Shown here: positions 49,346 to 61,100 of the stretch, one piece after another
Layout of the letters: each line of letters begins with the position of its first letter
Numbering within the stretch: position 1 is the stretch's first letter
Assembly (NCBI RefSeq): GCF_011386835.1
Contig: NC_088811.1
Span: 18,848,001 to 18,912,000 of the forward strand
Direction: 5' to 3'
Origin: Chrysemys picta bellii
Lineage: Eukaryota
DNA: 64,000 nt
Position numbers and translations under genes: made by a program
The notes under the pieces: generated by a model
The model's input: only the letters and a program-made list of their open reading frames with translations
Databases searched by the model: none
What the model was told of the DNA's origin: nothing

Positions 49346-50621
49346 AACATAGGGATAGGGAATAGCCAGCATGGATTTGTAAAGAACAAATCATGTCAAA
49401 CTAATCTGATCGCTTTCTTTGATAGGATAACGAGTCTTGTGGATAACGGAGAAGCAGTGGATGTGGTATACCTAGACTTTAGTAAGGCATTTGATACGGT
49501 CTCGCATGATATTCTTATCAATAAACTAGGCAAATACAACTTAGATGGGGCTACTATAAGGTGGGTGCATAACTGGCTGGATAACTGTATTCAGAGAGTA
49601 ATTATTAATGGTTCCCAATCCTGCTGGAAAGGCATAACGAGTGGGGTTCCGCACGGGTCTCTTTTGGGACCAGCTCTGTTCAATATCTTCATTAACGACT
49701 TAGATATTGGCATAGAAAGTACGTTTATTAAGTTTGCAGATGATATCAAACTGGGAGGGATTGCAACTGCTTTGGAGGATAGGGTCAAAATTCAAAATGA
49801 TCTGGACAAATTGGAGAAATGGTCTGAGGTAAACAGGATGAAGTTTAATAAAGACAAATGTAAAGTGCTCCACTTAGGAAGGAACGATCAGTTTCACACA
49901 TACAGAATGGGAAGAGGCTGTCTAGGAAGGAGCATGGCAGAAAGGGATCTAGGGGTTATAGTGGACCACAAGCTAAATATGAGTCAACAGTGTGATGCTG
50001 TTGCAAAAAAAAAAAGCAAACATGATTCTGGGACGCATTAACAGGTGTGTTGTGAGCAAGACACGAGAAGTCATTCTTCCACTTTACTCTGCGCTGGTTA
50101 GGCCTCAGCTGGAGTATTGTGTCCAGTTCTGGGCACCGCATTTCAAGAAAGATGTGGAGAAATTGGAGAGGGTCCAGAGAAGAGCAACAAGAATGATTAA
50201 AGGTCTTGAGAACATGACCTATGAAGGAAGGCTGAAAGAACTGGGTTTGTTTAGTTTGGAAAAGAGAAGACTGAGAGGGGACATGATAGCAGTTTTCAGG
50301 TATTTAAAAGGGTATCATAAGGAGGTGGGAGAAAACTTGTTCACCTTAGCCTCTAAGGATAGAACAAGAAGCAATGGGCTTAAACTGCAGCAAGGGAGGT
50401 TTAGGTTGGACACTAGGAAAGAAGTCCTAACTGTCAAGGTGGTTAAACATTGGAATAAATTGCCTAGGGAGGTAGTGGAATCTCCATCTCTGGAGATATT
50501 TAAGAGTAGGTTAGATAAATGTCTATCAGGGATGGTCTAGACAGTATTTGGTCCTGCCATGAGGGCAGGGGACTGGACTCAACCTCTCGAGGTCCCTTCC
50601 AGTCCTACAGTCTATGAATCT
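49346..50621 (+). mobile_element. 5'-truncated CR1 (RT domain to 3' end) inserted into the Gypsy integrase
   Basis: ORFs 49439-50041 and 49992-50540 (YLDFSKAFDTVSH, GVPHGSLLGP, KFADD) with a frameshift at the A-run near 50006. Removing it restores KGNAY|LVLDYFSR. Confidence 0.97.
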
Positions 50622-53400
50622 ATAAGCATTTCCTTTATATTCAAATAGATCTAAGCCTACTTTAGACCAAGGTCTTAAGTTTTCATGAATATGTGTCACA
50701 GGTTGTTTAGACTGAGCATTTCTATATCTTTGACATATGTCACATTCTTTATATTTCTCTGTCTTTTGGGGCCAGTACAGAACCTCTCTTGCTCTACATT
50801 TCATTTGTCTATGCCTACATGTCCCTCATGTAAGCACTGCAACATCTCTGCTGTTTACCCTAAAGGAATTACTACTCTATTGCCTTTAAGCAGAATTCCT
50901 TCAATTACTGATAAGTCTTGAATAAATTGATTATATGGCTTTGGTATAATTTATTATATCCTTTTTCAACAGCTGTAATAACTGTTTGCAAATTCTCAAC
51001 CTGTCTACTTGTACAATTTCTTTCCATACTCTTTCTGATACAGAAAACTATTTAAGTACATCTACATGCATCTCATCACCTTCAATTACATTGGTTACAT
51101 CATACACTCTAGAAGGAATATCATCAACAATTAATGATTTGCCTGGCTGATACTCTACTAGTAAATCATATACATAAAATTGAAAAAATAATCTTTGTAA
51201 CCAAGGCGGTATAACTGTCATGTTCCTTTTCGAAATATTAACTAATGGCTTATGAACTACTGCCGCAAGTACAGATCTATCACATACAAACATGTGACTT
51301 TTGCATGCAAAAACCAATGCCAAAGCCTCTCTCTATTTGAGCACACTGACATTCAGTTTGACATAGCCCCAGATGCATAAGCAGCTGGTTTCCATAGTGC
51401 ACCACACTTCTGTAATAGAATTGCTCGGAGGCCTTGTTTGGATGCGTCTGAAGATAATTTTGTAAGGGTGTTACTATCAAATAATTTTAATACTGGAGCT
51501 GTTTTTTATTAGTTGCTCAAATTCTTGTTGTGTTCATAGTCCCGTTTCCACTGATTATTTTTTACAAAGTTAAAGCCCTTCAATTTGTTGCTTGTTTTTT
51601 TCCTGCTAGGTTAGGTTTGCATTTTCCTACAAAATTAACCACACCCAAAAATGTCTGTATTGACGCCTTATCTTTTAGGTAAGCAATATCATCAATGGCT
51701 TGTATTCACTGTGGATCAACTCCTGACTGGTCATGGAGTTGTTAATTGTTGCACAATAAATTGACATGTATTTTTGTTAAGTTTCAATCCCCCTTTTGCT
51801 CTACATAATGCTTTAGTTAATCTTATATCATGCTCTTCTAAAGTTCTTCCCCATATTACTGTAGCTGTATTTTCAAAAATCTTTTGCATTGCTCTATGAA
51901 ATACCTCAGCAGCATTAAAACAGTAACATCCAAAAGCGGTGTTAAATGTACATGGCAACTGACCTCCAAAGATATCTGCCCAAATCCATTTGAAGCATCG
52001 AAAGAAGAAATGTATTTTGGTCCTGCTATTTGTCCAAATATTTCTTCCCTGGTAGGTATTTTAAAATGTTCCCTTTCGGATCTAAACCAACGTAAGGATC
52101 CATCTTTCTTTTCTGCTATTACAGCTGAATTCACCCAGTCAGTTCTTCTACTCTTTAATTATATCTAACTTAGCTAACCTTTCCAATTCCTTTTGTACCC
52201 TACTTCTTAAAGCAGTGGTTTTCAATCTTTTTTTCATTTGTGGACCACCAGAAACATTTCAAATGGATGTGTGGACCCTTTTGGAAATCTTAGTCAGTCT
52301 GCGGAGACCACAAGTTGAAAACCACTATTCTGTAGTAATGACAATCTTTCACGGACCCCTTAGACAGTCTGCAGACCCCCACGGGTCAGCGGATCACAAG
52401 GTAAAACCACTGTCTTAAAGCAACGGGTATTTTTCTAGTTGCATGTATAACTGATTTCTTTGTTTCATTTAAAATCTGTTTTATACATTGTATCTAATTT
52501 ACCAATGCCAGTGAATACTTCATAAAGTTTTCCGGCATTTCAGAATCCTGAATAGTCTGAATTCTACTAATTAGAATTAGTGCTAAACAGGTTTCTAAAC
52601 CTAAACTTTGTCCTTTAACTACTACAAATCTTATGTTTTCCAAATTATCTTTAACTATGACCTGTAATTCACAAATACCATAACAGGAATTTTTTCACCG
52701 CTATAAGACTGTAAAGTAATCTGCATTTGTTCTCTTACTACAGGTTTTACTTTTAGACATTTTGGAATTTCAGAAGAAATTACATTAGCCTGTGCACCTG
52801 TATCTATTACATACAAAATGCATGTTCCATTAGTAGATAGTGTAACCATCCAATCCTGCTTGTAGTTCACAGAGTGGCTCTGTTTCAAAATACCCAGAAA
52901 CACAATTTTCTTCCTCTGTAATGTCAGCTCCGCATTCCTTACTTGGCATCTTCTCCGAGACTTTTGAATTTGGAATTAAATATATATTTCTAATTTTTTT
53001 CAGACTTCTCTGTTTACCAGCTTTGGAGAATAATTCTGTCTCTTTCAGATGTGACAGGTTTGACCACCTGCTGGACATTGTCTAGGTTGGTGCCTCCCTC
53101 CACATTCTAGAATATTCTTTCATACGCTCGTATGTTTTAACTTCAAAACTTCAACTCTGTTTTCCTCCATAGGCTTTTTTTTATATACACTTTTTCTTAT
53201 TAAGTTTATATTCACATCAGTTGGTTTTCTTTCTAAAATGTGCAATTGTTGTTGATTAAACTCAAATGAATTATATAAACAAATTGCCTCAGCACCTGTA
53301 GTTTTCAAAAAGGTGGCAATCTTTTGTTTATCTTCCCTCAGAATAGACCCTGATGCCCTCAAACATAAATCCAATTCTCATTTAAACCTTTTCCAGGTTT
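50622..53400 (-). pseudogene. Gypsy gag-protease-RT-RNase H-integrase N-terminus remnants
   Basis: LCLRASG..EDKQKIATFL (gag), IDTGAQANVIS (protease), FDASNGFGQISL..CTFNTAFG..EVFHRAMQKIF (RT), YQPGKSLIVDD.PSR (RNase H), CDIC..PWSKVGLDLFEY (integrase). Confidence 0.88.
52213..52412. mobile_element. hAT (Charlie-like) MITE inside the provirus
   Basis: TIRs CAGTGGTTTT / AAAACCACTG; perfect 8-bp TSD TCTTAAAG. Confidence 0.95.
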
Positions 53401-53587
53401 CTGCAGCACTTATTTTTAGAAACGTGGGAACTCTGAATTGATCCATCTTATTTCATTCAAAATTGTTTTTCGCTCCTGAGTGACTTTTACTTCAGGGTTT
53501 TTTTGTTCATTTGTTTTTAAACAAAAACTAACAAACAAAAACACACACACCACACCACCACCCAACTTCCAGTTCTTTTTATCACTT

Positions 53588-53605
53588 CCCACAATCCTGG
53601 TACCA
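53588..53605 (-). other. Primer-binding site complementary to the tRNA-Leu(TAA) 3' end
   Basis: Minus strand reads TGGTACCAGGATTGTGGG immediately after the 5' LTR. The first 11 nt match the complement of ...TCCTGGTACCA (tRNA-Leu-TAA 3' end, recalled from memory). Confidence 0.7.
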
Positions 53606-54222
53606 TGTGTCATTTTACATCATTCCTTGCTAGTAACTTAACCACAGTCTTTATTAAGTGCTTTGCTACCGCACATAGAGAGCATCTGAACTCTGGTCAG
53701 TCTAACCTAAAACCAGGTTTTAGGTTAAAACCCCATGTCAGCTCCCACACCCTGGAGATTAAAAACAACGAGAAGTACTTGTGGCCCCGTAGAGACTAAC
53801 AAATTTATTTGGGCATAAGCTTTCGTGGGCTAAAACCCACTGCATCAGACGCATGGAGTGGAAAATACAGTAGGAAGATATATGTAACAGTACATGAAAA
53901 CATGGGAGTTGCCTTACCCAGTGGGGGATCAGGTAAGGCAACCCCCATCATTTCATGTTCTGTGTGTGTGTGTAATACTGGCTAAGAGAGGTGAAAACAT
54001 TATCTCTATCTCTATATAATCTTCCTTCTGTATTTTCCACTCCATGCATCTGATGCAGTGGGTTTTTTACCCACAAAAGCTTATGCCCAAATAAATTTGT
54101 TAGTCTCTAAGGTGCCACAAGGACTCCTTGTTGTTTTTGCTGATACAGACTAACACGGCTACCCCTCTGAAACCTGTCACCCTGGAGATTGTTCATCCTC
54201 TTAAAGCCACAGTAACATCACC
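53606..54222 (-). repeat. 5' LTR interrupted by a Penelope insertion
   Basis: 53606-53760 and 54178-54222 join into a sequence collinear with 48049-48230. Confidence 0.8.
53761..54177. mobile_element. Penelope-like inverted pLTR pair with 13-bp TSD
   Basis: CACCCTGGAGATT at 53748-53760 and 54178-54190; 53761-53918 is an inverted match to about 53934-54137. Confidence 0.92.
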
Positions 54223-54361
54223 CCACGTTAGTGCTCTGGGCTCCTGCCAGAAAGGGAAGTGGCACTCACGGTGCTTGCGACTCACCAGTGCTCAGTCCAG
54301 AGAAAGCGGCCTTCCCCTTCACGCCTGCGCTCCTCTGTTAGCGTAGGTAGCCTCCCCTGAC

Positions 54362-54613
54362 CAGGGGCGGCTCTAGCTTTTTTGCCGCCCCAAGCATGGC
54401 AGGCAGGCTGCCTTCGGCGGCATGCCTGCGGGAGGTCCGCCGGTCCCGCGGCTTTGGTGTACCCGCCGCCGAATCCGTGGGACCAGCGGACCTCCCGCAG
54501 GCATGCCGCAGAAGGCAGCCTGACTGCCGCCCTCGCAGAGACCGGCAGGGCACCCCCCGCGGCTTGCCGCCCCAGGGACGCACTGGGAGCGCTGGTGCCT
54601 GGAACCGCCGTTG
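54362..54613. mobile_element. GC-rich palindromic hAT-like MITE
   Basis: Ends CAGGGGCGGCTCTAG and CTGGAACCGCCGTTG; internal inverted repeat GGCATGCCTGCGGGAGGTCC / GGACCTCCCGCAGGCATGCC. Confidence 0.8.
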
Positions 54614-57600
54614 CCCCGGCACTGGTGTTGCCTCAACACTTCTGGACCTACCACAGACGGGCTGGCAGCACTCTAGCCCTAGCCCCGGAAGCTGGCAGCC
54701 CCCCAGGCCACAGCCATGCATAGAGAAGTAACATCACAGCCTTTCTAAGCTGTCCAAGCTCCATATTCGCAGAAACACAGGTGACAAGTGGAAGCAGCTG
54801 ACAGTCAATTCAGCATTTCCAGGAGATCTGTATTTATCAAAAGCTGTCAATCTGCAGCCAGAACAGGTGTCAGTCACAGTGAAATCTCCCGGCAAACATT
54901 CAGTCAGAAAGCAAAGAGTTTGACATCAGGTCAGAATGAGCTTTTAGCTCCTTCTCTCATGGGAGAACCTCCTTCTCTGCTTCCCGAGTTTGAAGAGAGC
55001 TATCGATAAAGGAAAGCAAAGAAACAGAGGCAGAATGAAAAGTGAGTAAATAATAGGAAATACAGACAGGCCCCGCTCTGGGGAATTTCCTCCTGCCCCG
55101 AGCACCAGGGAATCAGCCACTAGCAGAAACAGGACCCCTGACTGCACTCTGAGAGCGATCTGGGGATGGGGAGTGACCCTTTTATGAAAACCCACAGCAA
55201 CATCTGCACTTCTAGTGACAGCAACAACTGACTGAGTCACATTCACTTTTCTGTCCACTGTGAGCCCGGGGCCTGTGTCTGCCTGGCCAGCACTCCGCAG
55301 GTTGGAGGAGTGACATTCGTGTTGCACCACTCCTTCTCCGGGGCTGAAGACCCTTTCCCTGAGGTCAGCCTTTGCTCCACACCAGCAAGACCACGATGGA
55401 CAGCAGTGATGTCTCTGGAGGCTGCACCTGATGACCCAGGACAGATGGCTTTGGGTTTCTTTGCCCACCATGCATGGAGGTGGCTCAGATGACAGTCACT
55501 GGAAGCCGAGGGGGAGGGAGCAGCCCCTCCTATCACTCCAAAGCAGAGAGCCATCACTTACAGCAATGATACAGACCAGCAAGCGCCAGAGTAAAACACA
55601 ACAGCCTAAAACAGGGGCAGGCCAGCGCAGGTTTGGGGGCAGGCCAGCCGACCTGACATCTAAGAGAAAAGAAGCTGACAGGTCAGGACAACTTATCTCC
55701 CTTCTGAAGTGCTGTCATTGCTCCTGGCTTGTGCCATCAATGAACCCCATTTACTGACCATCAGCCAGTGCGTTCATGACAATACTGGATACAGAACAGA
55801 CCCCCGCAGTGCCCACCTGATGCTTCCCACCAGCCAGACACCAACCCCTTCATTATGCCAGGAACACCACAAGTCGCTCCTTCCAGCACTGTTATCCAGC
55901 AGCGTGTCCATCCCTACCCAGACGGCTCCAGTTTACAAATGAAAATGTCGCTCGGGACCTGTATCAAAGGCCTCCCCAAAGTCAGGGGAGCCACAGTCAC
56001 TGCCCGCTTCTGATCCACTAGCCTGTGTCCCTCAGCACAGAAACAATGATGCAGATCTGGCACGAGCTGCTGCCAGCCTGCTCTCCCTTTACTCACTGGC
56101 GGGGGCTTTCCCAGCCCACCGCTCTTCACCAGGGAGCTGATCCCACTGCTTCATAAAGCCCTGGGCTTCCCACACACCCACTCAAAATACTTGCCACGTT
56201 TGTCCACGCTGGGCTGGGGGAGAGGAGACAGGCCCAGCCGCAGCTGCACAGGGGCTGGCTGTGTGCCTGCTGAGGGCACAGAGCCACAGCCACTCCAAGC
56301 AAGAGAGGCTGCCCGGGTGGGGAAAAGCATTCATCTCCCTGTCCCACCTGGTGGCACTGGCTCTCATGGCCCTGCAGCGGCGTCACTGGCTCCCACAAGC
56401 AGAATTAGGCCAGGTTCAAAAACGGATTCCCTGACCCCCAGCACCCACCAGAGCAGAGTTCACTGAGCGCCTGCATGGAGCAGCCCTCCAGAGGAAGGGA
56501 GTCGCAGTGATTCCTGACCCTGTTCACACTGCCTTGAGCACAGCATGGACTCAACTTCTGCCTTGAGTACAGCCTGTAGTAGGGGCCCGGCCCAGCTGAA
56601 TACCCCAGCAGGAGCTCTGTGCGTGGGGACGCAGGACACCCAGCTATTGGGCTGCCTTGCCCAGGATGCAGCATGCAGTCTCCCACAACTCAGCAGAGCT
56701 GCACGGAGACAGTGTGGGCATGGCAGGGGTTCGGAAAATGGAGCTAGGACACGGCCTCCCCGCTGAGACGTCAGGTAAGCTAGTGGTGCAGAGAGCCACG
56801 GGTGCAGGCAAGGCTGAGAACGCAGGCAGCTCTCCTGCACCCCAAAGAGGATTTACACGTAGCCCCAAGCAAGGAGAATGCAGACACAGCCAGCAGTGCC
56901 AAGGTGTGTGTGTCTGTACACGTACACATGCCTTGGTGAAAGAACCAGGTCTGGGATCAGCTCGGCGATGTAAATGTAGCGGGGCTGCCCTGGAGTTACT
57001 CCAGGTTTACTCTGATGCAGCAGGATGAGAATCAGCCCCGATTTCTCTGCGTGTTACTCACTCATCTCCCCTAAGAAAAAAGGCGCATTCTTAACTGGAG
57101 TTAGCAAACACGTGCGGATTAACACAAGGCCAAACCATAGTGCAGACAAGGCCTGGGCCGCATGCAGGAGTGAAGAGGAACTAAGCGTGTGGGACAAGCT
57201 GCATCTCCCATATCCCCACCCTCAGCTTGCAGCCACTCACTGAGGCTGGGCGAGATGCTTAGGCGCTCTCTGCTCTCCTGGGGCAACAGCCCACTCCTCT
57301 GCAGCGATTTCACCCCTCGAGCGCTCTCCTTCCACACCTGCCGGCGTGGGCAAGCCCAGCTCCACAGGCTGCCTTCGCCGCCACGCCCCAGGTTGGCTGC
57401 AAGCAGCACCTCGCCAGCCAGCAGCAGTTCCCAGGCTCCCCTGATGCAGCACGGCCCTGCTGAGAGCCCAAATCCTTTCCCCACACTCCCTCACCACGCC
57501 ACACACACAGGCTGAAGGGCAGACATGGCCCAGTCATCTCCCTGGGCACTCGAGCTCTACCGACCTAGGCTTCAGTCCGACAAAAGAACTGCATACCAGT

Positions 57601-57767
57601 CATCTCCCCCCCCCCCCCCCCCGGCCTCTGCACATGCACAGCTCCCCAGGCACACAAACTGCCCCTGCTCTCACACTTCTCCTATCACCGCCTGTGCCCC
57701 CAGACACCACCTCGAACCATCAGAGCAACTGTCCAACCAAGCTGCACTCTAGAGAGTAAAAAACAAA

Positions 57768-58140
57768 CAATACAGCCCCCCGGCACGCTCTGACAGCACA
57801 GCACACGCTGACCCCCCATACCCAATACAGCCCCCCAGGGCGCTCTGACAGCATGGCACACGCTGACCCCCCCGTACCCAATACAGCCCCCCAGGGCGCT
57901 CTGACAGCACGGCACACGCTGACCCCCCCCATACCCAATACAGCCCCCCAGGGCGCTCTGACATCACAGCACACGCTGACCCCCCCCTACCCCGGTACCC
58001 AATACAGCCCCCCAGGGCGCTCCGACATCACAGCACACGCTGACCCCCCCATACCCAATACAGCCCCCCAGGGCGCTCCGACATCACAGCACACGCTGAC
58101 CCCCCCCATACCCAATACAGCCCCCCAGGGCACTCTGATA
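57768..58140. repeat. Minisatellite, about 56-bp unit, about 7 copies
   Basis: TACCCAATACAGCCCCCCAGGGCGCTCYGACAKCACAGCACACGCTGACCCCCC repeated with spacings of 55-64 bp. Confidence 0.95.
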
Positions 58141-61100
58141 ACAGGGGGCACACAGACCTGGGCTGGGCTGAGGAGCAGATTCGGCAGGGGGGCAGGTTGC
58201 AGGGGGAGCGGGTTGGGAGGGGGAAGGGCAGCATTTCAATCCCCTGCTCCAGGACCATCAAGCACTTGGCCCTCTCTGCAGTGGCTGTTTCACTGCTGGG
58301 CTGAAATCGAAGCCCAGGGACCTCTGGTCACAGGACCCCACCTCTGGCTATGAGTCCCTCCAACCTCACCACAGCTCTGCATAACGGAGACGAGCTCCGT
58401 CTATCCTGGCTCTTCAGTGCCAGAACTTGGGGCTTGCACTCCTGCGTGGAGTCCAGGCTCTCCCAAAGAGCAAACTGTTCCCCGTAGCAGCCGCCTGGCA
58501 CTGGCAGTGGGCTCTGCTCCATCTGCACGGGCACCTCACCGCCGTGACACAGGTGGGCACAGCAACAGCCATGAAACAGCTGGTGGACAGAGCACCTTCT
58601 TCCCGGTCCAGGTGTTCCCCCAGCCCTGCCAGCAGAGCAGAGACGGGCACACAACGCTTTGTGGAAAGGAGAGAAGCTGCAGCAGGTAGAGGGACCAGGA
58701 CAGCAACCGCCTGGCTTCAGCCTGTTCTCTTGCCTCAGGGAAGTTGCTAGAAAGCAGATGTCTCCCCAGAGATGTTTCCTGGCAGCCAAGTGCTGCTCCT
58801 AGAGGAAGAGCTGAACGCAAGCCAGCAACAACGTTGGTGACGCAGCCGGCTGCTCTCCAGGAACCAGGCTGGCAGCACGGGCCAGCTGGAAGGGCGGGAG
58901 TGGGGGAGTCCCCATCCGGAACCACCCTGATCCCCCAGGATCTCCATACGGGGAGAGGCTGAACAGGCCAGGGCCTTGCTCCATTTACTAGCAGGCACTT
59001 TAAACACCTTGAGGATCTGGGCCAGACTCCTAACTCCCAGTGAAATGCCTAAATCCCAGGGAGGGTGTGGGCCTCCGAGCCCAGCCAAAGCTCACCGAAG
59101 GCAATGCAGAGACTTTGGCTCAGGTGCTGTGTGTATTTGCTGGTGAGATTCAGAGATGAAGGGTTGGGGGGGAGGGGGAGGAGGGGGCTCCAGGCACAGC
59201 TTCCCAGTCCCTTCTCCGGGGCCCTGAGCAGTACCAAGGGCAGGGCAAAGGGGGGAGCGGGATCACTGCTTCGGCCTCACCCCTTGCTCAACTTCAGAGC
59301 AGGCCAGCACTGGTTCCTCACACTGGGCCTGTAGTGGACCCAGAACTGCCCAGGAACTGGGTGGTGGCCAGGAGAGGCAGCAAGGCCTAGGGACAGACAT
59401 CGGGCTGGGCCCCAGGAGCTCCCGGCTTTTACTCCTGTCTGCCATGGATAGCGGTGGTAACTGGGCAGTCTGGGGACCACAGAATGCCCCCGTCCTTCCG
59501 TTCCTATGGGGAAGCCAAAATGTAAGTGACCTTCCTGGGGTGACAGCCCAGGTCTGCCAAGATACGCTCCCCTCCAGCTTTTCCTTTTCGATTGGTTAAA
59601 GCCATTCGTAGATCTCACTCTTGGAAAGGGATGCCTTCCCCCAGCCCTGAGATCAGCGCCCCACTCGGCACACGAGTCTGGGGAGACTGGAGGCAATGCC
59701 GGGAATCTTCGGACACATCCAGGGAAGGAGATAGTGGAGCAGGAAGCAGACCCCAGCAATTTTAACAGAGCAGCAATGAAGCTCTGTCCAGCATCCTCGA
59801 CACTGTTGTCCCCGCTCTGTTTGGTCACAGGAGGCATGGACGGTGCAAGAAGAGCAGAGCAGGAGAACTGGGTCAGATCTCCTGGGTTCTAATCCCCACA
59901 CTGGCCCCAACTCCCTGCGGGCCGGGCAGCTCCCTGTGTCTTGGTTTCCCGTCCGCACAGCAACACTATGCAGGGGAACAATGCAAGAGACAGATGCAGT
60001 CCCAGTCAGCAAGGGCTTCTCCTGGGTGTCCAGGTGAAGGACGGGGAGGAAAAAACAATGTGAGGTGACCAGCAAACAGACAAATTGCCTCCTGGGGCTT
60101 GGACCTGCTCCGTGACCCCGGGGTGTGGAGCCTGATGTCCCCAAAGCCTCCCTGTCTCCCAAGCAGCCCAGATGTACAGTACCTGGGACAGACAAGGAGT
60201 TACCCCTTGTTCACTGGGAGCTGGCAGTGCCCGACACACAGGGGACCCACCCTGGCAGGGGTGCTGTGGGCCTTCTGGGGAACGTATCATGGACATGCTT
60301 CCGAACCCTGGAGTGGTTTCATCAACTGATTGACTCGCCACAGAAATCCTCCTTTGGGTAGCGACCGAACCGGGCAACGCTGGCCAGCAGGGCTCAGAGC
60401 GCAGGCTGCTCTGTGACCTCAGCCACAGGGGCACTGTTGGAGCCAGCGTGACACTAAACGTATTGGCTGGTTTCCTGGGATCTGGCTGCATTCAGGACCC
60501 AGGAGGCTATTCTCTCATCACAGGCAGCTCTTCCCTGTCCCTGCTGCAGCCAGCCAGTCACTCCCTGATCTCCACACCGGCTGCCCCAGCTCAGCACCGC
60601 CCTTTGCTCTGCCTCTCCACTGCCCGGCCTGGCAGGAGGGTCTGTCTGGAGCCCTGAGAACTCTCTGCAGTGCTCATTACCGCATTCGTAGCCAGGCTTT
60701 CCCAACCCCCTCCCGCAGCCTGGGAAGGATAATCGGCTCAGACATAAAAGGCTCCTCCGGCCTGGCTTGGTGCGTTAGGCACGTCTTGCTCTGCAGTGAC
60801 CCCAGCAGGACGAGGCTCTGGCCATGCCTCTGCCCAGGCCCAGTACAAAGCTCCTGGAAGCAGCCTGCCATGCCCCTGGAACTGGGGGTACCCAGGCAGC
60901 TGCTAGCAGGAGCAGCGACGTTGCCTGCTCAGAAGTCAAGTGGGAATAGAGGGGCACAAAGCCCTATGCATCCAACCCGACAGCCCCCTCCCCAGCTTGC
61001 TTTGCTCCCACAGTGTGTGGGGGAGGGCACTCATTGTCCTTATGCGAGAGGTCTCTATGCAGAGACAACTCCTCCACCTGAGGGGCACGGGTATGCTCAG

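Larger units (their letters stand above)
48049..54222 (-). mobile_element. Ancient two-LTR Ty3/Gypsy provirus (K02A2.6/Mag-like pol) with four nested insertions
   Basis: Minus-strand order is LTR, PBS, gag, protease, RT, RNase H, integrase, PPT (CAAGAAAGGCGA), LTR. The LTRs share TTGCTAGTAACTTAA, GTCAGTCTAACYTAAAACCAG, CCTGGAGAT and TTAAAGCCACA. CCAC occurs on both flanks. Confidence 0.88.

Noticed and set aside
57768-58140. CRISPR-like array
   Set aside because: The units are contiguous near-identical repeats with no unique spacers, and the genome is eukaryotic; this is a minisatellite.
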